In this document: piece after piece, positions 27,683-38,141 of the stretch | How positions within the stretch are numbered: position 1 is the stretch's first letter | Layout of the letters: each line of letters begins with the position of its first letter | DNA from: Desulfobacterales bacterium | Lineage (GTDB): Bacteria > Desulfobacterota > Desulfobacteria > Desulfobacterales > UBA5852 | Length of the DNA: 64,000 nt | Reading direction: 5' to 3' | Assembly: GCA_963674755.2 (NCBI GenBank) | Contig: CAXXVS010000002.1 | Span: 1,056,001-1,120,000, forward strand | The notes under the pieces: model-generated | Database searches by the model: none | Seen by the model: only the letters and a program-made list of their open reading frames with translations | What the model was told of the DNA's origin: nothing | Program-made: the position numbers and the translations under genes

Positions 27683-29774
27683 GCTTCATCTCCACCGTAC
27701 CAATCGTTTGAATCTGCGCATTGTTCATGACCTCATCATAGGATAGCACCGCCAAGTTGGGCACCATCCGGTCGATCAACCGTTTGAAGTGCGGTCGCAC
27801 CTGCGCGGAGCACAAGACGACCGGCTGGCTGTTGAGGGCGGCAAACGTCTCGATGTGTTTGCCCAGAGCGTGAACGATCTTCTCCACGGAACGCGGATCC
27901 ATGGCCAAAAAGCTGCCATGATCCGTACGCTGGATCGCATCGGAGACGGCTTTTTCGACGCTATGGTCGAGGGTCACCCCGGCCAATGTGCCATCGGTTT
28001 TCAGGTAGGTTCGTACAATCGAGCGCGCCAAGGCTTGGCGGACATACTCCGTCAGAATATCCAAGTCTTTGGTCATGGGCGCCCAATCCGCGAGGGTCTC
28101 CAGAATGGCCAGCAGATCGCGAATCGGAACTTGCTCTTTCAACAGGTTTTGCAGCACCTTGACGACACCGCCCAGCGGCAGGAGATTGGGAATCAATTCC
28201 TCCACCACCTTGGGGTAGGTCTGCCTGAAATGGTCCAACATGCGTTGGACTTCCTGGCGTCCGATCAGTTCATGTGCATGGCGGGTGATCACATCCGAAA
28301 TATGCGTCGTCATGACGGTGGCCAGATCGACAACGGTAAAGCCGTTTGCAATAGCGCTTTCGCGATAGTTCTCTTTGATCCATACGGCGGGCAGACCGTA
28401 CGTCGGCTCATTGGTCGAAATGCCTTCGATCTGGCCGACGGCATCACCGGGGTTCATGGCGAGAAAATGGTTCAGCATCAATTCCCCACGGGTGATTTCG
28501 TTTCCCTTGAGCATAATGCGATATTCTCCGGGCTGCAATTGCATGTTGTCCTGAATGTGAACTGGAGGCACAAGCAGCCCGATTTCATCCGCGGTCTGAT
28601 GCCGAATGGATTTGATGCGTGTTAAAAGCTCTCCGTTTTGCTCCACATCCACCAGTGGAATCAAACCGTAGCCGACCTCCAGGGATAAAATGTCGAGAGG
28701 CGGCAGTGTCTCGATGTTTTCGACGACGTTTTCCGATTGCGATAAAAGATCCGCAGCTTCCTCTTCCTTGGCGGCGTCATCACCGGCCTTGTATATGACA
28801 TAGGCCACGGCAGCTGCGAGGGCGGCCAACGTAATGAAGGGCAGGGTCGGCAACCCGGGAATCAAAGCAAACCCGAAAAGCACGGCTGAGGTAATACCGA
28901 TGGCGCGATGTTGCATAAGAACTTGCGAGGTGATGTCGCGTCCCAGACTGGACTCGGATCCGGCTCGGCTCACGATGATGCCGGCCGCGGTTGAAATGAT
29001 CAATGCCGGAATTTGCGAAACGAGGCCGTCGCCAACGGTCAGCAGGGTATAATTTTGAGCGGCATCGCCGAAGTTCATACCGTTTTGGAGGACTCCGATG
29101 GTCAAGCCGCCCAGGATATTGATCATCGTAATGATGATACCGGCAATGGCGTCTCCCCGTACGAATTTATTGGCGCCATCCATGGCGCCGTAATATTCGG
29201 CTTCACGGGCAATATTTTCACGGCGTTTGCGTGCTTCGTCTTCGGTAATGAGCCCGGCATTCATGTCTGCGTCAATGCTCATCTGCTTGCCGGGCATGGC
29301 GTCCAATGTAAAGCGCGCGGCCACTTCGGCAATCCGTCCCGCGCCTTTGGTAATGACCATGAAGTTGATGATGACCAGAATCAGGAAGACAATGATACCG
29401 ACTAAATAATTGCCGCCCACCACAAAGCTGCCGAAGGCCTGAATGACTTTGCCGGCAGCGCCGGTGCCTTCCATGCCGCCCAACAGGATGACCCGGGTGG
29501 AGGCAATATTGAGCGACAGACGAAACAGGGTGGCCAGGAGCAGAATCGTCGGAAAAGAGGACAATTGCAGGGGGTGGACGATATACATCCCCACCAGCAA
29601 AATGACGATGGAGAGGGTAATATTGAAGCTGAGCAGGAGGTCCAGAATAAACGCCGGCAGAGGGAGAATCATGAAAACCAGGATGCCTACGACCAGGACC
29701 GCCATGAGGATGTCGGAATTATTGGTCAGGGCGGCCAATTGCCCCGGAAGTTGTTTCTGCTCGGCGTATTCCAT
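27672..29774 (-). CDS. flhA: Flagellar export gate protein
   Basis: RIAEVAARFTLDAMPGKQMSIDAD and GAMDGANKFVRGDAIAG motifs; the sigma54 promoter overlapping 29840 supports a start at 29774. Confidence 0.97.
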   Translation of the reverse strand: MEYAEQKQLPGQLAALTNNSDILMAVLVVGILVFMILPLPAFILDLLLSFNITLSIVILLVGMYIVHPLQLSSFPTILLLATLFRLSLNIASTRVILLGGMEGTGAAGKVIQAFGSFVVGGNYLVGIIVFLILVIINFMVITKGAGRIAEVAARFTLDAMPGKQMSIDADMNAGLITEDEARKRRENIAREAEYYGAMDGANKFVRGDAIAGIIITMINILGGLTIGVLQNGMNFGDAAQNYTLLTVGDGLVSQIPALIISTAAGIIVSRAGSESSLGRDITSQVLMQHRAIGITSAVLFGFALIPGLPTLPFITLAALAAAVAYVIYKAGDDAAKEEEAADLLSQSENVVENIETLPPLDILSLEVGYGLIPLVDVEQNGELLTRIKSIRHQTADEIGLLVPPVHIQDNMQLQPGEYRIMLKGNEITRGELMLNHFLAMNPGDAVGQIEGISTNEPTYGLPAVWIKENYRESAIANGFTVVDLATVMTTHISDVITRHAHELIGRQEVQRMLDHFRQTYPKVVEELIPNLLPLGGVVKVLQNLLKEQVPIRDLLAILETLADWAPMTKDLDILTEYVRQALARSIVRTYLKTDGTLAGVTLDHSVEKAVSDAIQRTDHGSFLAMDPRSVEKIVHALGKHIETFAALNSQPVVLCSAQVRPHFKRLIDRMVPNLAVLSYDEVMNNAQIQTIGTVEMKHAD

Positions 29775-29834
29775 TCGTGTTCCGATAATAAAGGCTGAGG
29801 TTGACGGACGCTGCACGCGTTGACCGGAAGCATT

Positions 29835-29852
29835 TTGCATGAATCATGCCTA
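29835..29852 (-). promoter_or_regulatory. Sigma54 promoter upstream of flhA
   Basis: Minus strand TAGGCATGATTCATGCAA (GG-N10-GC). Confidence 0.7.
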
Positions 29853-30325
29853 ACAATGGATAGGGCCGGGACCTTGCGCACATCGCCGGTCATGCGCAAA
29901 ATTATCGGAACAAATTCAACATAATATCGAGGCGTCGACGACTTCGCCGGACGTGAAATGCCCATGCCGAATCGTGCTTTAGCTGCCAAGCAGGGGGTCA
30001 ATGTCAAGCTTTTGACGGACGCGGCCCTGCCGTGCAGAATCTGATTTATATAGGGGGCATCCATCGATGGCCAATTTTGGTTTCCGGCATGGCCGAGTGC
30101 GTTTTCCAGCTCTGCGGGGCTGCCATCCGATCGATTCCGAACGGTGGGTGTCGACCGGAAGTTGATCGTTGGCGATTTCAAGGAATGGAAACGAGCGCGA
30201 ACGCCGACGTGTCCGCCAAAGGTGGATATATCCCGGATCGGGGTCCCGGAGAGGCATTCATGTGCCCTACCCGTTTGTCAGCCATAACAAGGAGGCGCTA
30301 CCTTAAAAGGCCAAACAGAGGGAGA

Positions 30326-31402
30326 TCAGCCGGGATGACTAATGCCCTTGAGGCGATAGACGTAGGCCAGAACTTCCGCCACGGCACGGTAAAGTTCGGT
30401 CGGAATAAACCCGCCGATCTCGGTGGAGCCATAGAGCGCTCTTGCCAGGGGCTTGTTCTCGACCAAGGGCACATCGTGTTCCTGGGCGATTTCACGAATG
30501 CGCTGGGCGATATGGTCGGCGCCTTTGGCGACCACCTGGGGAGCGTCCATCTTCTGGGCGTCAAACGTGATGGCAATGGCAAAATGCGTGGGGTTGGTGA
30601 TAACCACATCGGCCGTTGGAATCGCCGCCATCATGCGGCGCTGGGCCATTTCCATCTGCATGCTGCGAATGCGTGACTTGACCTGCGGGTCACCGTCGCT
30701 TTGTTTGCGTTCTTCCTTGACTTCCTGCTTGGTCATCATCAGGTCCTTGCGATGCTGCCAACGCTGGTAGGCAAAGTCCGCTGCCGCCAGAACGATGAGT
30801 CCCAGGCACACGAAAAAAGCGATTTTAAACGCCACGGTCCCCATATAGAGGGCCGTTTCCGTGACATCAGCACGGATCAGCGCAGGAATGGCCACAAGTT
30901 CCCGGCGCAAAACCAGATAGGCAATCAGCCCCACGAACCCGATTTTAAGAATCGACTTGACAAGCTCCACCAACGCCTTGATCGAAACCAGGCGTTTTAC
31001 CCCACTGATGGGGTTGAGCTTTTTAAGGTCCGGGGCCAGCATATCTTCTTTGATATTGAAGCCAACCTGCGCCACGTTGGCCACGATGCCGATGACCAGC
31101 AGGGCGACCATCATCGGCATGAGAATGGACAGGGTCCCCTCCACCAGCCAGACGGCCATGAGACGAACCGATTCCACCGAATGCGTCCACCCGCCATTGA
31201 GGTTCCGAAAACTGACCTGCATGAGATCGGCCAATTTGCGTGCCATGGTCTGGCCGCTGAAAAAGAAAACCGCCAGGGAGGTCATCAGAATCATGGCCGA
31301 AGGAATCTCGCGGCTCTGGGCCACCTGCCCTTTTTTGCGCGCATCCGCCAGTTTCTTGGCGGTCGGTTTTTCGGTACGGTCCATGCCGTTGTCTTGGGCC
31401 AT
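30326..31402 (-). CDS. flhB: Export substrate-specificity switch protein
   Basis: RTEKPT, QEVKEERKQSDGDP and NPTH autocleavage motif. Confidence 0.97.
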   Translation of the reverse strand: MAQDNGMDRTEKPTAKKLADARKKGQVAQSREIPSAMILMTSLAVFFFSGQTMARKLADLMQVSFRNLNGGWTHSVESVRLMAVWLVEGTLSILMPMMVALLVIGIVANVAQVGFNIKEDMLAPDLKKLNPISGVKRLVSIKALVELVKSILKIGFVGLIAYLVLRRELVAIPALIRADVTETALYMGTVAFKIAFFVCLGLIVLAAADFAYQRWQHRKDLMMTKQEVKEERKQSDGDPQVKSRIRSMQMEMAQRRMMAAIPTADVVITNPTHFAIAITFDAQKMDAPQVVAKGADHIAQRIREIAQEHDVPLVENKPLARALYGSTEIGGFIPTELYRAVAEVLAYVYRLKGISHPG

Positions 31403-31412
31403 CCTCTCCCCC

Positions 31413-32195
31413 TTATTGTCCCATCAACCTGAAAAGCGGCACCAGCCCTGCCCCGAAATGATTGAACAATTCCTGCAGGTAGGGCTGTAGATAGGGCAGG
31501 CTGAAGACGATGAAAAGCAGCCCCACCACGATCTTGAGCGGCATGGCCACGATAAAGATGTTCATCTGGGGCACCGTACGCGCCATCAGCCCGAAGGATA
31601 CGCTGGTCAGAATGAGCACCACGATGATCGGTGCGCCGATCTTGAGCGCGATGACAAACATATTGCCGGCCATCTGCATCAGATACCCGACAAACGAGGA
31701 TGACAATGAAAATTCAAACGGCGGGAGGATGACGAAACTCTCCACCAGTGCCCGGAAAAACCAGTGATGGGCGTTGATGGTCAGAAAAATCAGCATAGCC
31801 ATCAGGTTGAAGGCCTGGGCCAGGATGGGGGTCTGCATGCTGGTGGCCGGATCCATGATGTTGGCGATGGCCAGCCCCATCTGATAGCCGGCGACCTGAC
31901 CGGCCATCTGGACACCGGCCATAATGAGACGGATGGCCAGACCGACGCCCAGCCCCAGCAGAACTTCACTGATGACACCCAGCGTCAGAAAAGACCACCC
32001 CTCCATCCCCGGCGGAACGCTCAATTTCATCACCGGAAACAAAGTCCAGGCCACGGCCAGGGCCAGACCGGCTTTAAACATGTTCGGCACATTGTTCCCG
32101 CTGAAAATGGGCAGACTCATCACAATCGCGGTCACCCGCAGGAAGACCAGAAAAAACAACTGAACCTGGGGATAGGAGAAGGTCAGAGCGATCAT
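31413..32195 (-). CDS. fliR: Flagellar export protein
   Basis: Polytopic; GYQMGLAIANIMDP and RTVPQMNIF motifs. Confidence 0.95.
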   Translation of the reverse strand: MIALTFSYPQVQLFFLVFLRVTAIVMSLPIFSGNNVPNMFKAGLALAVAWTLFPVMKLSVPPGMEGWSFLTLGVISEVLLGLGVGLAIRLIMAGVQMAGQVAGYQMGLAIANIMDPATSMQTPILAQAFNLMAMLIFLTINAHHWFFRALVESFVILPPFEFSLSSSFVGYLMQMAGNMFVIALKIGAPIIVVLILTSVSFGLMARTVPQMNIFIVAMPLKIVVGLLFIVFSLPYLQPYLQELFNHFGAGLVPLFRLMGQ

Positions 32196-32217
32196 TGGCG
32201 GTCACGCGAGGACAGGA

Positions 32218-32487
32218 TCAACGGATGGCTCCGGGCAGTCCGATGATCAGGTTTTGCATGAAATCGATGAGCACCTGAAGCATCCAGGGAAATGCCAGCA
32301 GGAGCGCTACGGCTACGGCCAACATTTTGGGGATGAAGGTCATCGTCATCTCATTGATTTGGGTGGCCGCCTGAAAGACGCTGATCAGCAAACCGACCAC
32401 AAGACCGGCCAGCAGCATGGGGGCGGACAGCAAAATGGTCAGCTTTATGGCTTCCAGAAAAAAGCCGGTCACAAATTCCGGTGTCAT
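32218..32487 (-). CDS. fliQ: Flagellar export protein
   Basis: FQAATQINEMTMTFIPK motif; GAGGAG RBS. Confidence 0.95.
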   Translation of the reverse strand: MTPEFVTGFFLEAIKLTILLSAPMLLAGLVVGLLISVFQAATQINEMTMTFIPKMLAVAVALLLAFPWMLQVLIDFMQNLIIGLPGAIR

Positions 32488-32503
32488 GACAGTCTCTCCT
32501 CGA

Positions 32504-33280
32504 TCAGGCAAACCCCTTGACCAATGAACCGACGATCAGATGCCAGCCGTCGGCCAGGACAAACAGCATCAATTTGAACGGCAGGGAAATCATGACCGGC
32601 GGCAACATCATCATCCCCATGGACAGCAACACCGAGGCCACCACCATATCGATGATCAGAAACGGGACATACAACATGAACGCCATCTGAAAGGCCGTTT
32701 TCAGCTCGCTGATAATGAAGGCGGGGATCAGCGCGCTAGTGGGCACTTCCGCCATGTTCTTCGGATGGGGTGCTTTTGCGATCTCCATGAGCATGGCCAG
32801 GTCCTTTTCCCGGGTCTGTTTGAACATAAACTGCCGGACGGGTGCCATGGCGCGTTGCAGCGCTTCCTTTTGGGTGATCTGGCTTTCCAGGTAGGGTGTG
32901 AGCGCCTCTTGGTGCACCTGTTCCCAGACGGGCGACATGACAAAAAAGGTCAGAAAAAGCGCCAATCCGATAATGACCTGGTTGGGCGGCATTGATTGGG
33001 TGCCGATCGCCTGACGCAGGACAGAAAGAACGATGGCCATCCGCGTGAAGGAGGTCAGCATAATCAAAAGGGCCGGCGCCAGCGAAAGTACCGTCAGCAG
33101 GAGAAAAATCTGCATGACCACCGAGGTTTGGGCCGGATTGTCGCCCTTGGCCATCTGGACGCTGAAAAGGGGGGATACAGCCCCATCCGCAGCATAACCC
33201 GTACCGGCCAAAACCAGCATGACAAGGACGACGACAATGACCGTCGGGCCGGCACGGAAGGGTAAAATGCGGTTCAACAT
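32504..33280 (-). CDS. fliP: Flagellar export protein
   Basis: [20 protein letters not shown] and [14 protein letters not shown] motifs. Confidence 0.97.
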   Translation of the reverse strand: MLNRILPFRAGPTVIVVVLVMLVLAGTGYAADGAVSPLFSVQMAKGDNPAQTSVVMQIFLLLTVLSLAPALLIMLTSFTRMAIVLSVLRQAIGTQSMPPNQVIIGLALFLTFFVMSPVWEQVHQEALTPYLESQITQKEALQRAMAPVRQFMFKQTREKDLAMLMEIAKAPHPKNMAEVPTSALIPAFIISELKTAFQMAFMLYVPFLIIDMVVASVLLSMGMMMLPPVMISLPFKLMLFVLADGWHLIVGSLVKGFA

Positions 33281-33681
33281 GGCTTCGAATCCACGGGCGC
33301 GACCGGGTCGGCCTGCATCGGCCGGCGCTGCCAGGCGTCGGTCACTTTCCGCAACTGATCCTGAAACGAGGAAAAGCGCGGCTGCTCCTGGACATCTGCC
33401 AGATCGGCATAGTCACGGCCGTCCATACGATCCAGCAGGGTGATGCGGTCCGCGGTCACGCCCAGAACCAGAACCGCCCCGGGCACCTTGAGCAGCGTGA
33501 TCGATTTTTTCAATCCCATGGGCGTACTTTCAAGGATTTGGAGGTGCTTCCCCCCTCTCCCGCCCAGGCCGCTTTTCAAAAACCGCTTGGAATACCGGTT
33601 GACAGCCAGCAAAGCGCCGATGATCAGCGCCAGAACACCGATCATCTTCAGTGCGGCCGTCATCAGCTCCGGCGGCATCAT
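33274..33681 (-). CDS. fliO: Flagellar biogenesis protein FliO
   Basis: Single TM helix followed by [17 protein letters not shown]...LVLGVT...ITLL; lies between fliN and fliP. Confidence 0.88.
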   Translation of the reverse strand: MMPPELMTAALKMIGVLALIIGALLAVNRYSKRFLKSGLGGRGGKHLQILESTPMGLKKSITLLKVPGAVLVLGVTADRITLLDRMDGRDYADLADVQEQPRFSSFQDQLRKVTDAWQRRPMQADPVAPVDSKPC

Positions 33682-34073
33682 TTAAGTTTCTCCACACGTT
33701 CCATGGGGCTGATGATTTCGGTGACGCGAATGCCGAACTTCTCGTTGACCACGACCACTTCACCGCGGGCCACCAATTTCTGGTTGGCAAGAATCTCCAG
33801 GGTTTCACCGGCCATCTTGTCGAGTTCGATGACCGAGCCCTGCCCGAGTTTGAGGAGATCATTGACCAGCATGCTGGTTCGCCCCAGTTGGACCGTGACC
33901 TCCAGGGGGATGTCAAGGATGAAGCTCAGGTTATTGCTCTTGGCGGCGCCATCACGGCCGCGCAGGGAAGAAAACTGATATCCGCTATCATTCGGACCAA
34001 CTTTGGAAGAACCTGCGCCTTCCGCCGATACGTCCTTGAGTTTGACATTTTTGGGGTCGCGTGAAGGATTCAT
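33678..34073 (-). CDS. fliN: Motor switch protein
   Basis: ILDIPLEVTVQLGRT and RGEVVVVNEKFGIRVTEI motifs. Confidence 0.95.
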   Translation of the reverse strand: MNPSRDPKNVKLKDVSAEGAGSSKVGPNDSGYQFSSLRGRDGAAKSNNLSFILDIPLEVTVQLGRTSMLVNDLLKLGQGSVIELDKMAGETLEILANQKLVARGEVVVVNEKFGIRVTEIISPMERVEKLK

Positions 34074-35068
34074 GATGGTTCCGCGGCAGCCTCCTCTGGG
34101 GATAGGGTCGCAACGACTTCTACGGCACGGTTTCCGTTAATGATGCCCGGATATCCCTTGTATTTGGGCACGCTTTCGATATTGACCGTAATGGGATCGT
34201 GCGGCCCGGTGTTCAATGTAAAGATGTCATCGACCTGCAGCGCCAGCAGATCACCGAAGGTGTGCACCGTCTGGCCTAGTTCGGCGATAAGATTGACTTC
34301 GGTTTCTTCCAGCGTCTTTTGAATGCGGTCGCTGAAGGCGGCCTCCGAATCCTTGGCGCGCAGATAGCGGGACGAGAGTTTTTCTTTGATGGGTTCCAGC
34401 ATCCGATAGGAAAGACAAAGATGGAAATTGCCCGTGAATTCATCTCCTTTGATGGAGAAAGCAATAACGATCATCAATTCGTCGGGGCTTACCAAATGGA
34501 CGAATTCCGGCTTTGTTTCGGTCTTCTTGGTGGTGATGTTGATCGCATATACGGTCCGCCAGGCCTGTTCGAAATCCTTCAGCATTTCACGACTCAGCCG
34601 TTTGACCATGCCAATCTCGATCGGGGTAAACTCCCGGCGCTGCTTCAAAGGAGTGCCCTTGCCGCCGAACATGCAGTCGATCATGGAAAAGACCAGACCC
34701 GGTTCGATGGCCAGTAGAGCGGATCCGATCAGGGGGTCCATGTTGAACACGTTGAAACTGGTGGGATTGGAAAAAGCCTGGATGAAATCGCCGTATTTGA
34801 CCATTTCGGTGGAAACGAACTCAACCTCGAAAGATTGTTGAACAAGCCCCGACAGGGACGTTTGCAAAAGGCCCGAAAACTTGTCGTAGACTTCCTCCAG
34901 GGCCGAGAACTGATCCCGCAACATAATGTTCTGGGAAGTGATGTCATAGGCCTCGGCCTTGACTTCGGGAGGGGTATCTTTTTTGGTCAGGTCGACTTCA
35001 CCGCTGTCCATTGCCGACAGAAGGGCATCGATCTCATCTTGGGAAAGTACATTGTCAGCCATGGTCAT
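34070..35068 (-). CDS. fliM: Motor switch protein
   Basis: N-terminal LSQDEIDALL CheY-binding peptide; FGGKG; REFTPIE. Confidence 0.95.
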   Translation of the reverse strand: MTMADNVLSQDEIDALLSAMDSGEVDLTKKDTPPEVKAEAYDITSQNIMLRDQFSALEEVYDKFSGLLQTSLSGLVQQSFEVEFVSTEMVKYGDFIQAFSNPTSFNVFNMDPLIGSALLAIEPGLVFSMIDCMFGGKGTPLKQRREFTPIEIGMVKRLSREMLKDFEQAWRTVYAINITTKKTETKPEFVHLVSPDELMIVIAFSIKGDEFTGNFHLCLSYRMLEPIKEKLSSRYLRAKDSEAAFSDRIQKTLEETEVNLIAELGQTVHTFGDLLALQVDDIFTLNTGPHDPITVNIESVPKYKGYPGIINGNRAVEVVATLSPEEAAAEPS

Positions 35069-35076
35069 TCCACCCG

Positions 35077-35538
35077 CTATTGGATGACAAATTCTGTAAA
35101 GTAAATATTGGCGACACCATTGCCGTTCAGGATTTCATTCAAACGGCCCATAATCTCGGTGCGCAAAGCCGCCTTGCCCTCAACCGTTCGAATATCCTTG
35201 AATTCTTTGGTGGGAAGAATTGTCAGGACAACGTCACGAATCTGGGGGAGTCGTTGTTCGATGGTTTCCTTGTGTTCCTCCGGGGCCAGCTCCAACTGCA
35301 TCGTCGCCCGCAGATAGCGCTTGCCGCCGGCATCCGCCAAATTGACCACAAAAGAATCGAGGGGGAACATTTCGCCCACCGCGGGGGCCTCCTCGGCACC
35401 TTCCGGGTTATCGGCGACCGCTTCCTCCGGAGGTGTCAAGCTGGCGATTTTCGTCCACATCATGAAAAAACCGCCTCCCACCAGCGCCATGAATACGATC
35501 GCTACGGAGGTGAGAATAATAATGGCCTTTTTACTCAT
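35077..35538 (-). CDS. fliL: Flagellar basal body-associated protein
   Basis: N-terminal TM helix; FVVNLAD.GG.RYL, PQIRD and IYFTEFVIQ motifs; start at MSKK with AAGGG RBS. Confidence 0.93.
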   Translation of the reverse strand: MSKKAIIILTSVAIVFMALVGGGFFMMWTKIASLTPPEEAVADNPEGAEEAPAVGEMFPLDSFVVNLADAGGKRYLRATMQLELAPEEHKETIEQRLPQIRDVVLTILPTKEFKDIRTVEGKAALRTEIMGRLNEILNGNGVANIYFTEFVIQ

Positions 35539-35744
35539 TTGGTCTTTCCCTTTCAGCAGAACAAGCTCAATCCGTCGATTGGCAGCACAGTCCAGAGGCC
35601 CTGACCGGTTTGTGTTCTTCTCCGATACACGTTTGGGGTTTGGTCGTTCACATGCGACCGCCACTATTTATGAGAATCCAAGTCCGTGACCGACAGCGTA
35701 GCGGCAAACGTTGTCTTCCGTGTCTTCTGTCATCCCGTTGTTTG

Positions 35745-35760
35745 AGCAAGGACTGTGCCA
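35745..35760 (-). promoter_or_regulatory. Sigma54 promoter for the fliL-flhB operon
   Basis: Minus strand TGGCACAGTCCTTGCT. Confidence 0.88.
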
Positions 35761-35940
35761 TGCGCAATTCGTTCTTACACGCTGCCGGAAACAATTCGGG
35801 CCGTCCTGTGCTTAGCGACTATCTTTCCGTTTTTACAATATATTTCAACATTACAAGTGGTTTACGGCGGCATCTGCATATGAGGAGTGGCGAAATGCGC
35901 TACGCGGGAAATCCATAGGACGCGTGGGAGGTATTGACGC

Positions 35941-35958
35941 CTGTCAACGCGTTGACAG
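35941..35958. promoter_or_regulatory. Perfect 18-bp palindrome, candidate enhancer (UAS)
   Basis: CTGTCAACGCGTTGACAG, about 185 bp upstream of the fliL sigma54 promoter; core GTCAA-N4-TTGAC recurs at other promoters. Confidence 0.65.
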
Positions 35959-36020
35959 AAAAAGGCCGACCAAAGGGGACGGCCGGAATGATGTTGTGAG
36001 CGCTTTTGTCATTCCGGCCG
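35957..36020 (-). terminator. Hairpin/terminator after flgE
   Basis: 12-bp stem CGGCCGGAATGA/TCATTCCGGCCG (35980-36020) overlapping a GGCCG-N11-CGGCC-TTTTT hairpin on the minus strand. Confidence 0.55.
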
Positions 36021-36040
36021 CAGGAAGGGAATTGCTCCCC

Positions 36041-37270
36041 TTATCGTTTGATATTGATTAACTCATTCAAAATCTCATCGCTGGTGGTAATGACCCGCGA
36101 ATTGGCTTGGAAAGCGCGCTGGGTGGTAATCATTTTTACAAATTCCTGGGCCAGATCCACGTTGGACATTTCGATGGAGCTGGGACTGATACTTCCCAGG
36201 CGGCCGGTACCCGGCAATCCGGGCATGGCATCACCGGATTCCAGAGAGGAGCTGTAGAGGTTGTTCCCCATTTTGGTCAGTCCGTAATAAGAGGGGAAAT
36301 CCACCAGCGCCACCTGGAAGAGCGGCACCAGCTGCCCGTTGGAATAAGAGCCTGTAACAACTCCGGCTTCGTCCACGGAAACACTGCGCAGCATGCCGGC
36401 CGGGTATCCGTCCTGGGTCTGGAAGGAGGTCGTGGAAGCGGTCGCGTATTGGGTCAGGTCGCCGTTGGTCACGTTGCCAGTGTCGTACAAATCCCATGTC
36501 AAGGCCGGCATGACAGCACCATTGGAAAGGGTGAGGTTGATGGTCGGATCGGTACCGTTGGTCAATTCGCCCGTGTTGGGGTCAAAGGTAATGGCCGTGG
36601 CGCCGGCCGGAGTGACGGCGGTCGCCATCGGTGAGCTGGCCTGCCAGGTCCAGGCGTTGTTGGCGGTTTTAACAAAATCGATCGCTACGGGGATGTCATT
36701 ACCCAGGGAGTCATATACGGTAATCGTGGTGGAATAGGTGTCCCCCACGGCAGCCCCGGAGTTCAGGTTGACATCCACCGAGAATTCAGTGGTGGCCGAA
36801 GGCGGCGAAGTGCTCTCGGTGGGAATCTGGATATTGGTAATGGAACCCAGGGCCATGGTACCGTCGGCGGCCACCGACTGAACCGCATAGCCTTGGAGCA
36901 CAAGACCGTCCGGATTGATGAGTTCGCCTTCGTTGTTGAAGGTGAACTCCCCGGCGCGGGTATAGAAAGAGGATCCGGCATCGTCTACAACTTCGAAAAA
37001 GCCACGGCCGTTGATCGCCATATCCATAGGAGAGCTGGTGTTCTCCAGGGAGCCCTGGCTCCAGACCGGGGTCGTGCCCCAGAAATCCACCCCGCGACCA
37101 ATGTCGCTTCCACCGCCGCCTCCCAAACTCTGGCTCAGGACGTTGGCAAACGAGGCCCGGTTGGATTTAAAGGCCGTCGTGTTCACATTGGCGATGTTGT
37201 CGCCAATTACCGTCATCGCTGTCGAATTGGCATTGAGTCCGGAAATTCCTGCGAATAATGAACCTATCAT
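36041..37270 (-). CDS. flgE: Flagellar hook protein
   Basis: SLFAGISGL, IGDNIANVNTTAFK and SNVDLAQEF..MI..QRAFQANSR motifs. Confidence 0.96.
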   Translation of the reverse strand: MIGSLFAGISGLNANSTAMTVIGDNIANVNTTAFKSNRASFANVLSQSLGGGGGSDIGRGVDFWGTTPVWSQGSLENTSSPMDMAINGRGFFEVVDDAGSSFYTRAGEFTFNNEGELINPDGLVLQGYAVQSVAADGTMALGSITNIQIPTESTSPPSATTEFSVDVNLNSGAAVGDTYSTTITVYDSLGNDIPVAIDFVKTANNAWTWQASSPMATAVTPAGATAITFDPNTGELTNGTDPTINLTLSNGAVMPALTWDLYDTGNVTNGDLTQYATASTTSFQTQDGYPAGMLRSVSVDEAGVVTGSYSNGQLVPLFQVALVDFPSYYGLTKMGNNLYSSSLESGDAMPGLPGTGRLGSISPSSIEMSNVDLAQEFVKMITTQRAFQANSRVITTSDEILNELINIKR

Positions 37271-37377
37271 GAGTTCCTCCTAATATCAGTTGTTCCCGCA
37301 CGATCATATCGGGTTATGGGGTTTACGAGGGAACGTATATCGTTTTATGTATCCCGTTTCGGACCTACATCTATGGA

Positions 37378-38058
37378 TCAGGCATCTTCATTTGTCTCCT
37401 CCTGAATGACCTTTATTACCGAATCCAGCGGAACGGTTAAGTCATTCACGATCAATGCAGCCTCCCCGTTGCGATACGACACGCCACTGACCCGTCCGCT
37501 GCTAAGGGGAGACACATCGATTTCATTGCCGGAACCGTCCACGGCTTTCACTTCAAACCAGTAATTTCCATCCGGCAAAGGATTGCCGTCCATATCCGTA
37601 CCGTCCCATTCGATCTCGCCCGGTCCGGCGTTCATTGCATCGGTACTGAAGGTGGACCGCAAATCGCCGTCCGCATCGTAAACGCTCACGAAAACTTCAT
37701 CCGCCCGATTAACAAGTGCAACCTGCAAGGGGTCCACGTTACCGTCGGCGATGCGCGTCGCGTTCCCATATGCGAGAATCGTGCGCCCGATATAGTTAAC
37801 GGCCTGGGAGTTGTTGAGGTCCGCCTGGGCGGTCGATAGTGTTTCAAATTGTTCACTTATATTGGTCAGCTGCTCCAAGGAACTGAATTGGGCCAGTTGG
37901 GCGGTAAAATCCCCACTGTCCATCGGATTCAACGGGTCCTGGTATTGCAGCTGGGCCACCAACAGGTTTAAAAAATCATTGCGTCCCAATTCGCCGGGGG
38001 CTTGGGTGACGCCGCTGGCCGTCGTATTGCCGGTGCTGGTTACGCCGCTGATGGTCAT
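37378..38058 (-). CDS. flgD: Hook capping protein
   Basis: FLNLLVAQLQYQDPLNPMD...FTAQLAQFSSLEQ and WDG.D..G..LPDG.Y motifs. Confidence 0.96.
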   Translation of the reverse strand: MTISGVTSTGNTTASGVTQAPGELGRNDFLNLLVAQLQYQDPLNPMDSGDFTAQLAQFSSLEQLTNISEQFETLSTAQADLNNSQAVNYIGRTILAYGNATRIADGNVDPLQVALVNRADEVFVSVYDADGDLRSTFSTDAMNAGPGEIEWDGTDMDGNPLPDGNYWFEVKAVDGSGNEIDVSPLSSGRVSGVSYRNGEAALIVNDLTVPLDSVIKVIQEETNEDA

Positions 38059-38141
38059 GGTCGCCTTCTCCTCAACTTATTACAATCACTTAAAAAATCT
38101 TGTGCGAGACAGGCCTTCGCAAATCGTACCCCGAAGTCCCG

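Noticed and set aside
27789..28625. 278-aa plus-strand ORF
   Set aside because: Lies entirely antisense to flhA.
29775..29840. N-terminal extension of FlhA in the ORF track
   Set aside because: The ATG at 29840 lies inside the sigma54 -24/-12 element, so the downstream ATG at 29774 is more plausible.
29853..30325. Long flhB-flhA spacer as a possible c-di-GMP riboswitch or small gene
   Set aside because: I could not find the GEMM-type GGCAAA...GCAAAG/tetraloop-receptor pattern by eye. The space is explained by a sigma54 promoter plus enhancer, and the overlapping ORFs lack coding features. An Rfam scan would be needed to exclude it fully.
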